DNA of 64,000 nucleotides from Bugula neritina (Eukaryota; Animalia; Bryozoa), in NCBI GenBank assembly GCA_964035545.1, contig OZ037767.1, positions 14,636,998 through 14,700,997 of the forward strand. The letters are read 5' to 3'. Under the pieces are notes generated by a model that was not told where the DNA came from, ran no database searches, and saw only the letters and a program-made list of their open reading frames with translations. Position numbers and translations under genes: made by a program. How positions within the stretch are numbered: position 1 is the first letter of the stretch; each line of letters starts with the position of its first letter. This document shows, in pieces, positions 12,901-26,200 of the stretch.

Positions 12901-15900
12901 AAAACATTATTAGAACTTGGAAGATGCACAATGAATTAAAAAAAGAAACTGATAATATTTATACAACACCGCAAGAAGAAAAACGAGTATTATCGCAGCT
13001 ATACCTGATGAGTTGATAAATATCTTCACTCGACGGAGTGTCATGTGACTGCCTTGACTTCCGCATGCTCGCACACATCGCTGGAGAGGTCTTGGGTCGC
13101 CGAGCTGTCTGTAACATCCCAAAACAAGAAGTAGATGTGATACTAAAGTCACACTACATATCTGCACCGTGCACTGTATATGTGACATAGTATGGGTGTT
13201 GACCAAAACAGACACCTAGCTGAAGACTAGTTGATACCTAACTGACACCTAACATACTTTTATAGCATACAGAAGAGTAATCTATTTATATCGTATCATG
13301 TGAAACCAGACTTTATGATATTAGTGTACCAAACGGAAGTATTGAATTTACTATACTTGCTTTGAAAAGTTTTGATTTCTTATATTGTAGGGTATATTAT
13401 GTATACTTCTGTAATGCAATGAGTGACAAGCAATTTTTGATAATTCTGGGGTCAGAAAAACACAAGTGCTAGTTCAACACAACCATAGGACATTTTCCAC
13501 AACAGCCTAAGTAGGGGAGGTTTCGAAAACCTCTCTATAGTCTTCTGAAATGCCCAAGATATGAACTACTTTTATGATGTTTATATTAGAAACAAGATGA
13601 ACTGTGGAAAAGTAGTATTATTTAGCTTTACGATTCAACTGTATGCTGCCACTTACATTTAAGGTCAATCCTGTAAAACCTTTATATGATTCCCTCTCTC
13701 GTATTGCTTCAACTTTTTTCTGTAGCATATATTAAAACAATAAGAAGGAATTACCTCCCCATGTGTATATTATGTGATATCCAGAACATAGCTTGCAAAG
13801 ACAGAGTTTCTGAACATTGAATGAGATGGAGAGATTAAAAGTTTAGATAATGTATAACCATGGAAAGAGAATAGAAACTGTATAGAGTATAGAATGTAGT
13901 GTATAGAGTATAGAATGTAGTGTATAGAGTATAGAATGTAGTGTATAGAGTATAGAATGTAGTGTATAGAGTGTGCATAGAATGCATAGAGTTTATGATG
14001 CATAGAGTGTGTAGAGAGTATAGAGTATAGAATGTATAGAGTGTGTAGAGAGTATAGAATGTATAGAGCACATAATATAAAAAGTGGATACATTATAAAG
14101 CATGAAGTGTACAACATATAAATTAGCAAAATCATTCTCAGCATATGATAGCCTTGGAACCACACAACAGCACCAAAGGCAATGCTCTTACTATAAATAG
14201 ACTTAGGCATTATTTTAGAGTCTGCAAAGCCAACAACATAGGGGCACTTGCACATGGGTGCCGGTGGATAGCGACACATGCATAAGAGTGCCTGCATAGG
14301 GGCACCTGCATACAATGGTTAACATGTAAGACCTTAAAATCATGTTAGACTTTACATCATGGGGAGGGATGCAAAAGATTAAAGCAATGCAATGTGTGTA
14401 GCAGCTGAAGTTGACTATTTATACACGTTTACTACAAGCATGGATATTCTTTGCAATGGGAGGTATAAATTTCCTAATTAATTTCTATACATTATCATAC
14501 CTGCACACAATAGTCTGGGCAACTGCAGAAAAACACATAAATACTGCAGAGGAACAGGTTGAAACTGCAGAAAAACATACTGAAACTGCAGAAAAACATG
14601 TGGCTATAAATTCTAGCAGCAGGAAAAGCCTGATCAGCTACATAGTAACAGGATGAAAAGTCCGAACGTATAAATTGCACCTACTTTGTCATAAAACTCA
14701 ACAGTGGGTTTAATTTCAAAAGAGAAGAACTGTTAAGATTTATCTTCTTTATAATGTACGAAGAAGACAACTTCAACAAAGTGTAATTTTAATAAAAAGC
14801 AACTGCAGAATTTTATTAAATTGTAATTTTTAATCAATTTTTTCAACCTCCTGCATGGCACTTAAAAATCTGTGGAAATTATTAGACTCACAATTAAAAT
14901 AGACTGACTAAATACTAGACATAATATACCAGCTTCTTAGACATCATTGTGTTTATATACTAACATGTCTGTTAATCTCAGCAGAGGTCTGTGTGAGTCG
15001 TCCTCTCCCCTTCTGTAGCGGAGGAATCTTAGGGGCAGTCCTGTGGGAGGGGTGACTAGCCTGCCTCTGGTCAGACATGGCCTCCTACAGAACGAAGGCT
15101 ATTTACTAAAAACTTGGCTAATCGCTTAGCAACAAAAGAAAAAGAGAAAAAGTATAGGCAAAATTTTAGCTACATTTTAGAATTTAGAACATAGCAGTTG
15201 TATGTAGTTATTATACTTTTACCTGGCTTTTCTAAAGAAAGGTATAGCAATATTAGACTTGCAATATAAGATCTAAATGAAACTTAAGCTCAGGTTTGAT
15301 AGAAGTTTATCAATTCTTAATATCAAGTGGTTTTACTATTTACACTGAAATACAAACATAAAAATGAAGGAATATTGTCAGGTAGAACTAATATTTGCTG
15401 AGGTTTTACTTCAAACAAACTAGTAAACTTGATGTTGAAAAGGCATTGAAAAGGACGTATTGAAATTTAAGCAATGCTATATTTGGGGCCTCAAGCCATA
15501 ACCTATTAATAACAATTCATCTCTACTGAAGTGTTAAATACTATAAAAAAAATTATGCATTATCAACTTTATGTTTTGTTATTATGAACTGGGAATGAAA
15601 ATATTAGTTATAACCTGTCACCTTATGATATCTTAAATAAATAAAGTCAAATAATACGTTTGATTGTATAGTACAACAATAATGTAATAACATTTTATGG
15701 GAATTATTTTGCTCTTGCAGCCATTAACCTATTTAAATGTACTGTTGAAATGTTGAACTTGAATTTGGTTGACCAAGTATATTCAACTGCTATACCATTT
15801 AATGCATGTACGTAACAAAACTTTAGCCCTTTTTAAAAAATTTCAATACCAATTTTATATTTTATAATATATAAATTAGTCTCCCGTAAAAGCATAAGTG

Positions 15901-16547
15901 CATAATTAGCCATTTAGGAAATATAGTTGATAAAAAAATTATTTAATGCAAAAAATACTATTTTGCCCCGCAAGATCTTTTAAAAGATTTTCACGATCAT
16001 GTATTAAGGAAAGAAAATAGTGACTATTAGAGAATGGATTTCATTTGAAAAATATTTTAACCTAAGCAGAGCAGCCTAATTAGTCACTAAGACAATTTGC
16101 AGGCCTTTGCTGAGACGCCTCAACAAATTGGAAGATATCTGCATATAGACTACAGGCTATGCTAGTGTGTGAAGACACATAAGGTAACATTACTATGATG
16201 CAATTAAGATAATATCACTAATGATTATCAAAATACAAATACTATCATATTACATTTATCTATAATTACCTTCTTTATGAACACAAATATAAGAGAAAAT
16301 TAACAAATGCAGTTATATATTGTGATCAGCAATATTTGCAAGGGAGTTGTTTTAAGCTAAAATTCATGTGATAAGCTTTTCCTCAAACCACACTGACTTT
16401 AAAAAACAATTTGGAATAAATGCTCTTTGGAACCTCATCAATGGCCCTACTTGAATAAATTCTAAATATTTTTAACCACAGTCACATTGCTAGACTCACC
16501 ATAGCTAGAAAAGCACCAGTTTGATTCCTACTCCCTGCTTGAGTCAT
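9904..16547 (-). CDS. Uncharacterised, largely low-complexity/disordered protein, 5' portion (>=316 codons); the 3' end is unresolved and probably lies left of 9904 or outside the window
   Basis: Seven exons chain in phase with GT-AG sites and no stops: 16547-16500, 15084-14965, 13108-13005, 12611-12345, 11650-11501, 10826-10738, 10074-9904. Translation: MTQAGSRNQ...RRPKTSPAM...RPNPRQFTAVNNHG...SRPKTAAS...DNTLTSN. It ends on a phase-1 donor T|gtaagt. A likely non-coding first exon has its donor near 17565. No recognisable domain. Confidence 0.7.
13879..14068. repeat. 21-bp minisatellite
   Basis: TGTATAGAGTATAGAATGTAG units that decay rightwards. Confidence 0.85.
14521..14598. repeat. 21-bp degenerate tandem repeat x4
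   Basis: AACTGCAGAAAAACA core repeated. Confidence 0.7.
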
Positions 16548-18959
16548 GTTTAGTTTATAGATTGAAACACCTGCAAATAATATGATATAATAATTATAGT
16601 TCATAACAGCATTAAACAATAAGACTAGCAGATTTAGCTGAAGGACATTAAAGTAATAGTAGACAATGGGGGGGTCAATAAAAGTATATATTGAAACAAG
16701 CTGTTATTAGTACATTCTGACCAGTCTAACGATATTATATTAAACATTTCAATGTTCAAAGTAAATGTTTTTATACAATTTTGTTTACAGTTGAGCTACT
16801 AGCTTGTCTCAACAGACAAAAATATCATTCAAAATCACTACTACTTGTTTTCATTGTAAATTTTATCATTTAATTATTTAATAACTTTGACTAACACTTT
16901 TATTATTAGCCTAGTACTGCTGCTACTGTAAGTTTTGTTGGCCTGAAAACCAAACCAACACAGACACAAATTACTACTGATACAATAGTAAGAGCAGTTC
17001 AAGAGCAGATTTGTGATGCGCAAGACAGTATAAAAGCAAAAATTGATAAGGATAATTTGTAGTTGCAGACTTAGACCAATATAACTGTAATTAAAACATC
17101 ATCAACTATAACATACCAGAGCCACGTTAATGATGATTTAGATTAAGATTTTAAATTTCAATATGATAGTCATTCGACTTTTTATGTAGAAACAATTTTT
17201 ATTTTGTAATTACTAATTAGCATGACTATTATTGGGTTGTAGTGGTCGTAATAGCAATAATGCTAATACTAATAGTGATAATAATAGCCCTTAAAACTTG
17301 TACTTAAAACTAATTCATTTGATTTAAAGTTAGAGCTACATTTACTCATGCAGTAAGTCTACGATTAAAAGCAACTCTACGGGTGTAACACTAACTGTAA
17401 GTTACTCGCGGTCGACCAGAACTAGTAGGGCAGCACCACTACCAGTAACACTTACAGTCGCTTACACACTACTTACACATACAGCGACCTTAAGTCTATC
17501 AACAATACAGTAATAGTAATACAAATAATCTTACACTTTGACTTTGACTTACAGTCACACTCACAGTGTCAGTTTGAGTTGGCCTTGGTCTTGGAATTGA
17601 TTAGCTAGCAATCGCCAAAACTCAAAAAGCTTGAATGCAAAAGTTGCTCTTATCGTTTTTAAAATCTCAAACGAAAAAAAATGCAATTCTAATAATCAGT
17701 TGCTTGGTCGAGCTTCCTTGGTGTTACTGACTAGAACACATTGACTTTTAGTTTCATGAAGAGGGTGGGAAGAAAATAATTACTGTGTCCTTAGTTACTG
17801 CCTAAACGTCAAAGCTTGAACTTTATAGTAATCTATTGTGTGTTTCCGATATCTTGAAGAATGTGACATATTTTAGTGAATGAGTTTAATCTTTTTATTT
17901 AATTAGGTATTTTAGGCGCAACGTTTCTCGAAAGAAGATAACTCTATCAACACTAAGCAGTTGTTTGTATTTACTATGACATAAAATACTGAAACCTGAA
18001 CTCAAGTGTGAAATTGAATACCGAAGATTTAGATAAAGCTTTAGCCTTCATGTCTCTGCACCTAACAACAAAATTTTTATGTGCAGGCTTTTTCTCTTCA
18101 CACCTAAGTTGAGTTTAGAGTTGCTATGTGATTGCAACTAAATGTTCTTTTTAATAATTTTATAATCATTAAAAATGCTATACATATTGTTTACTATTGT
18201 TTTTCTTTCTTCTTCTATACATTATTAGTATTTTTGTATGTAATAACGTTATAGTGCTGCTTACTGATATGCTTGGAGCTTCTTAGCTGAAGCAACTTCT
18301 GCATACATTATATACATATACCTATACTTACATCAACTTACATCAATGGTGACATCACCCTAGACCGCCTAGGCCCTAGTAGCATAAGGGGCGCACCTCA
18401 GTTTTTGGTTATGATTGGGCAGTAGAGTATTATTTTTTAACATTGCATCAAATCTCATAGGGAGGGCATATTGCTTCAAAGAGGGTGTATCAACCCATTC
18501 AGTAATTTGTCATAAGCTTGTCTTCGTTTTTATGCATTATTTCTTTAGATCCCGAATCGTGCGTGGGACAAAACTGTTGTGGAAGGAGTTATCAGTTGTG
18601 GAGATAGATCAAAGGCTATTAAAATTTAGCATCTTTAAACCTCTTTTAGTAAAGTATATATAATGTCAGAGCTAAAAAAGCCTGCCAACATGCTGAATGC
18701 AGCTGCTGGAAAATGACAGTGCAAGAATCAGACTCAAGCATGACAATTCTGCTTTATTAAGGTGTACACAGCAAGGTTTACTGTTTACATATGCATGTAT
18801 ATTATATAGCCGTTAAACAATTGAATAAAATATAATATGCATGCATTTGGGTTACAATGCATTTACAATTTGCAGCTCCAGCTGAGACTGGACAATATCT
18901 TCAATTAATTTTCTTAAAAAAAAAGATTAAATGAGCCGATTGTGAAATAACTGAAAGAC

Positions 18960-21900
18960 ATGAGGCGTGAAACAGACTCTATATTGTATATCTGGGGCTT
19001 ATGTTATGCAACCACTCTGTGTTTTCTTTTATTACCAGGTAAGGGGAAGCTGTCAGCTTTAAATAATAAATGTTTATTCATGTATTCTTGAGTTTAGTGC
19101 AATTTAATTTAATGCATCGGAAAATAAGGAAAGTTAGTGCTTGTTACATTGCAGATTATAATATAAATATAACTTTCTTATCCATCTGTTATGAATAATC
19201 AAGTATTATAATTTTAATGGAGAGCTTATATAAATATAGCTATTTTTATTGTCTCTCATAGCATGTTATTGTAGCTTTAAAACTTATTGAAGCTGAAATT
19301 TGCAACTACATGTTTATAATATTACTTTGTCAGTTGATGTAAGTAGCACATATGATTACTTTAATTAAACAATTTGTCAGTTCAATTGCATCAAGTGTAA
19401 TATTATAGGTCCTGTACAACGTTTAAAATTAATTTAGGTATATGTATATTATACTAACTGCTGGGCAATTGTCACTCATTATTTATTTATGTGTAGTGAG
19501 TCTGAAAAAGGGGAGGTTGTATACTAGTCCACATTGTGCTATGGTTTGTAGGCTCGTATGCTTCCCAGGAGTCTCTGCACAGATTCCAGAGGATAGAATA
19601 TAACAGAAGTCAGCTTCTAGAGCTCCATACTTCTAGAATAAACAAGAGATCTGCTACCCACATTGTGAATACTATTAGGTGGTCCTTCTCAGCTTATAAC
19701 AAGTAAGTGTCTGTGGTATTCAATTTAGTGGTCAAAGTGGGTCAAACTCACTGCAAGATTTGTTTTATTCTTCACTTGATGAATTTTTTGGTCATGGATT
19801 TTATTTTTAATTTCTTGCTTACTAATTGAGAGGAAACAGCACAATTTTTTTAAAGTGTATCTTTAACCAAACAGCCTGGCTTCTATTTTAAAGTAAAAAA
19901 ATTAGGTAATTTGCTATTAGTTTCTTTGCTAAAATTTTGACTTTATATAAAAATATTTATTTTTGATATATCAGTAAAATAGCTAAAAAATGTTTCTTGT
20001 GTGATGTTATATATAACAAACTATAGACTTGATATATCATATTATTTTTTTAAACAAGTATGCATATAACAGTTCTAATTTGGAATTTTATTGTAGAAAC
20101 TTTCCTATCGCACTTTCGAGCAATCGCCATATTTTCACAACTGACTTCTCAGTTGAAACAGATGAAGAAGTGGTTGATTATGACAGAACAAAAGTTTATG
20201 AGGGTCACATTGAAGGTTAGTTGAAGGTCGCATTGAAGGTCAGTTGAAGGTCACATTGAAGCTCAGTTGAAGGTCACATTAAAAGCTAATCAAAGTTTGT
20301 GACTGCAATTCGCAAGTGCTATACAGAGCTGGAAGTAGATGATAGAGTAGGTTGTACATAGCATTATAAAGGACTGTTTGTCTTTGAGTATAAAGACAGA
20401 AATCAAGTTGGGTCTCCATAAATTGAAGTACTTTGCACCACCTGTCATCATTAGTCAACAAAGCTTACATCACCTACAGCCTCTGTAGACACTTTATGGT
20501 TATTTTAATTAACGATTCAATTTCATCAATTATTGATTTTCTGTTTGGCAATATTTGAAACCTTGTTTGCTCATTAAATTTGATTTACTTTTGTGTGATT
20601 TTAATTATGGTGCTAATTGATACAAAAATCGTGATGATAATAATTAAAAGCTTTGCTTCATTTGTTTGTTACTATTTGCTTACTGGAATTGTTGAAATAA
20701 TATTTGCTACGTGTACAACAAGCATTATATACCTTAGATATATCATACAGTATAAGTATTCTACCTTATAGGTATTATATACAGTGTAAGTATTTTATCT
20801 TTTATAGGTATTATATACAGTGTAAGTATTATACAAAAGAAAAACACAGTGAAACTCTTTGCTTAAAGTAGATAACCTGTTGTACATATATTTTTTGTCC
20901 ACAACCTACTATATGAAATGATTAAATAAGTTTTAGCATCAAAAACTATATTTCACAGACTAATTAATGTATTTCAACAATGTTTTGCGAGCAATTGTGA
21001 AACATATTTTCAGCTACACTTAAACATGAACATTAATTGTGATTATTTATTGCACATAACTACGACTTGCAAAGAATGCATGCAAAGTCTGGATAAGATA
21101 GAATAATAAAACTGTATAAAAAAATTAAATTCATATAATATATATTTAAATCAGTGGTAACATTACAGGAAGGCCCAATAGTCATGTGACCGGGGTTTTA
21201 TTGGCTGACGGAAGGTTTGAAGGAAGAGTCGCAGACGGAGATGACACTTACTTTATAGAGAGAGCTGAGCATGTGAGAGACACGTCTGCTGAGGAATGGA
21301 TGCAAAGGGGAGATAACTCCCCACATTCAGTTAGTGAACGGAAATACTCCACATTAAGCTATGAGAGTTGAACTTTAGGAGAATATATTATAATATTACA
21401 GACACAAATAGGCCATAGCATTAGAGTTTTATACTGCAGCTAAAAGTTATTATGAATTGATGAGTGAGTTGAGATAAACTTTAAAGATTAGCTACTTAAT
21501 TTGCTTAAACTGCAGCTGCATGACATTAGAATAACAAAAATTAGCTGAAAAAAAAGCATTTTTCGTTATCAGTGAGAGAAGCAACACATACATGCATGCA
21601 GGTATAATGTATCCAAAGCTATCTGTCAACTGTACATTTAAAAGTCATTCATTTCAGTATTAAAAACATCAGTCTATATAATGATAAATATCATGATGTA
21701 TAAAATGTTATTTAGTCTTTTGCTTCTATAGAATCAAACTTGCTTTGTATTTCTATGCTGAGTAACCTCAGTAAACTTGGAAAAATATAAATAGCAGCGG
21801 ACAATAGTGATACTTCAGTCTTGCTGTTAAAACACTCCTTTTAGATTATATATATGATGACTGACATTAACATGGGGAATTTTGGGAATCAAACTCGGTG

Positions 21901-22860
21901 TAAATCTCAGAAGAAGACAACTTCTGCATCACCAGAGAAATCATGGTCACATGACACGCCACTGTCCCATATAGACGTGAGTTTCGGCTTGTTTGCTACT
22001 AGAATGACCTGATTTTTCTATAACAGATTATAAACTAAATTTTATATAAAAATATCCCAACGGTTTTATTCCGTGCTTTCTAGCGGCCATATTACAGTCT
22101 GCACAGCGAGTATAATAGAAGCCATCAAAGGCAGCGCAGAGAAATAGATTTGACAAAGAGAATGTGTGAGCTGTTTGTGCAAGCTGACTATGAGTACTAC
22201 AGTAAATGGGGCGGCAGCGTTAACACAGTGGTAGAGAAGCTGACAGCCTATGTGGCTGCAGCAAACTCAATCTACAGGAACATAGGTAACACAACTTTAT
22301 AGTAATTGTATAGTTGGTTTTATCACTGCACTGCTACTATAACTATATTAATATGTATATTAACTTAGATGTAAGCAATTATATTGTATGTAGGTCAACA
22401 AAAATTATAGCATATAAATATAGGTAACAGAATACTTTATAGTTTGTATATTATTTATTACTGTAGCATTATCTTAATAATGTTATAGCTGTATATAAGC
22501 ATAATATTAAATTATACGCAAGCAATTATATTATATAGATGAGTCAGCAAAAACATAAATATCTCAAAAAATTGTATGAACATTTTTTGAACATTGGGTT
22601 GTCATTTAGACTTTGATGGTGATGGTGAAGGAGACCAGATACAGTTCGCTATAAAAAAGATGAAAATATGGACAAACCCTGAAGCTGTACTCTATCCCTT
22701 CTCTGGTAACTTAGATGCAAACTACTTCCTAGAGGTCAGTGTAAAACAGCGAATAATATTCCAACTCCTTGTATCAAGATACAATAACTCCTCATATAAC
22801 ACAGTATAATAATTAATAAAACAGTACAATATGTTGTACATAATACAATCTTATAAATAT

Positions 22861-22907
<47 letters not shown>

Positions 22908-23138
22908 AATGATTGAGCACTCTCACCATGGTCACAAACTCAAGCTGCTAGCATTTTGCAATGCTCGTGACTCCTAGGTGACCCCTAGAGTCACTTGAGC
23001 ACTCTGGCTTGAATTTACACACCTTTTAAATATGCTTTAGTAAAACTATAAGTTTTACTATTGCGAAGGTGTGGGCCATGGTACTCTGTTCTGTGCTGAT
23101 GAGGGGACAAATCCCGAAACAGCTGCTGTCCACAGATT

Positions 23139-23217
<79 letters not shown>

Positions 23218-26200
23218 GAATATAATTCTATAATATAAATTATCGTACAACAAACTATAGTAAAATTATCAACAATGTTAAAATAAACTATGATAAGTAT
23301 CAGTATACACTGTAAATAACATGAGAGCATATAATAAATTATCAGCTGTAGAATAAAATTGTATTACATAGTAGATATATAATATATGACAATATTGTGC
23401 AATATAGAATACATTAGAAGACTATAAACATATATGCTGTGACATAGGGCACATTGTAAATATATGACAAAAAAGTAATTATAAACAAGTTTAGGCAACT
23501 AAATAATTTATAAGTTTTCTTGTAAAAATTACAAATTGATGATTTTACTTTGATATGCATTATGCTCACTCAAGTATTTTTGACATAAGACTTTTTTTCA
23601 TAATGAATCACTTATTTTGCGAACAACACATGCATGCAAAGAATTTTATTTTAATAAAAGCGAAATGGCAGTACAACTTTACGAATTAGTAGAAAATTAT
23701 TACTTCTTAATAATATAATACCCTGCGTCACTTATATATACCACTCTAAAAATGAGTTAATTTTAATTTAAATTTTAAGATGTAAATAAAATCAAGTGGT
23801 TGAGTTAGCTAAGTTAACAGCTGACTCTATTATATAAGTCCAAATTTTTATCTAATTCACAAGACTGCAGAAACACTCATATGTCTGGTTTTATACATTT
23901 ATAAGACTTTTCAATTTGCAGAGATTTTCTACCCAGGATAACTTTGACAGCTTCTGCCTGGCGTATACATTCACTCACAGAGACTTTAACGACGGAACGT
24001 TGGGTCTTGCTTGGACGGCTGCGTTTGACTCAGACGGTGGTGTCTGCTCTAAAAATGGAGTAAGCACTTTAGTCCCATTCTACTGAGTAATTTGTGTACA
24101 TAAAAGAGGGAAGAAAACTCCCACAAAAGAAATTTTTCACCACACCTTGCTCGTAGATAAAATTCTATTAAAATTTGTAGCGCTATAGAAACCCACTATA
24201 TAACAAAACGCATAAATAAAAAATAGGTTTTTTATTAAAAATTTTAGAGTTTTATCAAAATTATGAGTGTGGGGTGAAAGCTATCAGCATACCATTTATA
24301 GACAAAGGTCATCTAGTAGTAGTTTGGCATCTATATTATTATTAAGTGTGCTGTGCGTATCATTATTAGGTATGTATAATACAATTTACCCAACTTTATA
24401 ATGATTTTTCTCATTTCGGGTTCAAGAAAGTTAATGGAGTGAGTATGAGCCTAAACACTGGAATAGTCACGACTCTGAATTTCCAGCAGGATGTCATATT
24501 TGGAATTTCTCAGCTAACATTTGCACATGAGCTGGCACACAGTCTAGGCTCTGAGGTATGTTATAACATCGAACTCAATAATATCCAGCTCAGTGTGTTA
24601 TAAAGCTATTCTTCTGTAATAGTACATGTGCTCATTTATAGACTTGGCTCTAAAGAATATCACAATTGAATAGTTTTTGAACCTAATTTTATTTTGATTG
24701 AGATTAATTAAACCTCATCAACTATGTTTTGCGTACCAAAAGAACACATTCTATGACTTGGAAGGATAAAAAATGACAAAAAGTTATATTATTGGCATAT
24801 CAGTTGACTTTACATTATGCAGTGATAAAACATGTTTGAGTGTGTTTACTTCATTTAGTACACACCAGCAAATTATGACTTAACATTAAAGTTGGCTCAA
24901 AATTTATTGAAATTTACTAGACATGGTATATTTATGTGCTGATTTTTATTATGCATAACAGAAAAGGCTGGGAGGGGATTCTCCAGCATTAAAGCGCACG
25001 TCATTGTCATATGCACTTAATATTACTTATGTGCAACCGCTATGAAAAAACCGTAACAGTCTGCAAATCCAAATTAGCTAAATAATTAAGAAAAACATGG
25101 GAAATTAAGCAAAATTAAAAATAATCTTGACTATTTAGTTGTATTTATTGACATGCTATTAGTTTTAGGCAAAAACCCATATATATTAGCAGCTAAATTG
25201 GGAAAAATAGCTAAAAACTGAAGATTTCCAGTGTGTACTAAATTAAGTAAAATAAACCGTTTACTCTTGCACATCACTTATAAGGAATGAGTTTGTATAA
25301 CAGATCTTTATACAGAATGATTTCAGTAAATATCAAACTAGCTAATATTCAAAAGCTTTACAAAATTGTGTATAAAGACATTTAATAGTGTGAGTTGCAT
25401 GCATGTATGCATGCAGTATCTAAAAGTAATTTCTCAAGAGTCTTATATAGTATGATTTGTCTAAATGCTATATATATTCACTCTCCTATATTGTCTCAAG
25501 TGTCTAGAGGAATGATAAATGTTTTCTAAAACAATGAGTCATAGCTTTGGTACCCTTGATTGTAGCATGACTCCGAGACTGACTCAGATTGTTCACCTGG
25601 TGATAATGAAGGGGGCAATTATATCATGTTCCCTAAGGCTACAGAGGGTAACCAACCTAACAACAGGAAACTTTCGCCTTGTAGCATCAGAGTCATTAAT
25701 GACATAATAAATGATAGGGCAAGGACTGACGACTCCAATGCATGCTTTAAAGGTGCGTCTTCTAAAACACTATATAGATATTATTTAACGTTAAACTGCT
25801 TGGATACAAAAGAAAACGCTTAATATCCAAAGTTATTTTTAGTTATTTTTTGAGAACCTAACTTTGGTAACAGCATAGCAGCATCAGCAGTAGTAGTAGT
25901 AGTAGCAGTAGCAGTAGCAGTAGCAGTAGCAGTAGCAGTAGTAGCAGTAGTAGTAGTAGTAGCAGCAGCAGCAGTAGTAGTAGTAGTAGTAGCAGTAGTA
26001 GTAGTAGTAGTAATAGTAAAGGTAGTTGCACTGTTTCAGAGTTCACTGAGTCAGTGTGTGGAAACAGGATAGTGGAAGAGGGGGAAGACTGTGACTGTGG
26101 TTGGGACGATCAGTGCAGCGAAAGCTGCTGTCACCCCCAGAAAGATGAATACGACCCCCTCACCTACACTCCTTGCACCTACACTACTGGGGCTCTTTGC

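Noticed and set aside
25858-26046. Poly-Leu ORF
   Set aside because: It is the antisense reading of an intronic (AGT/AGC)n microsatellite.
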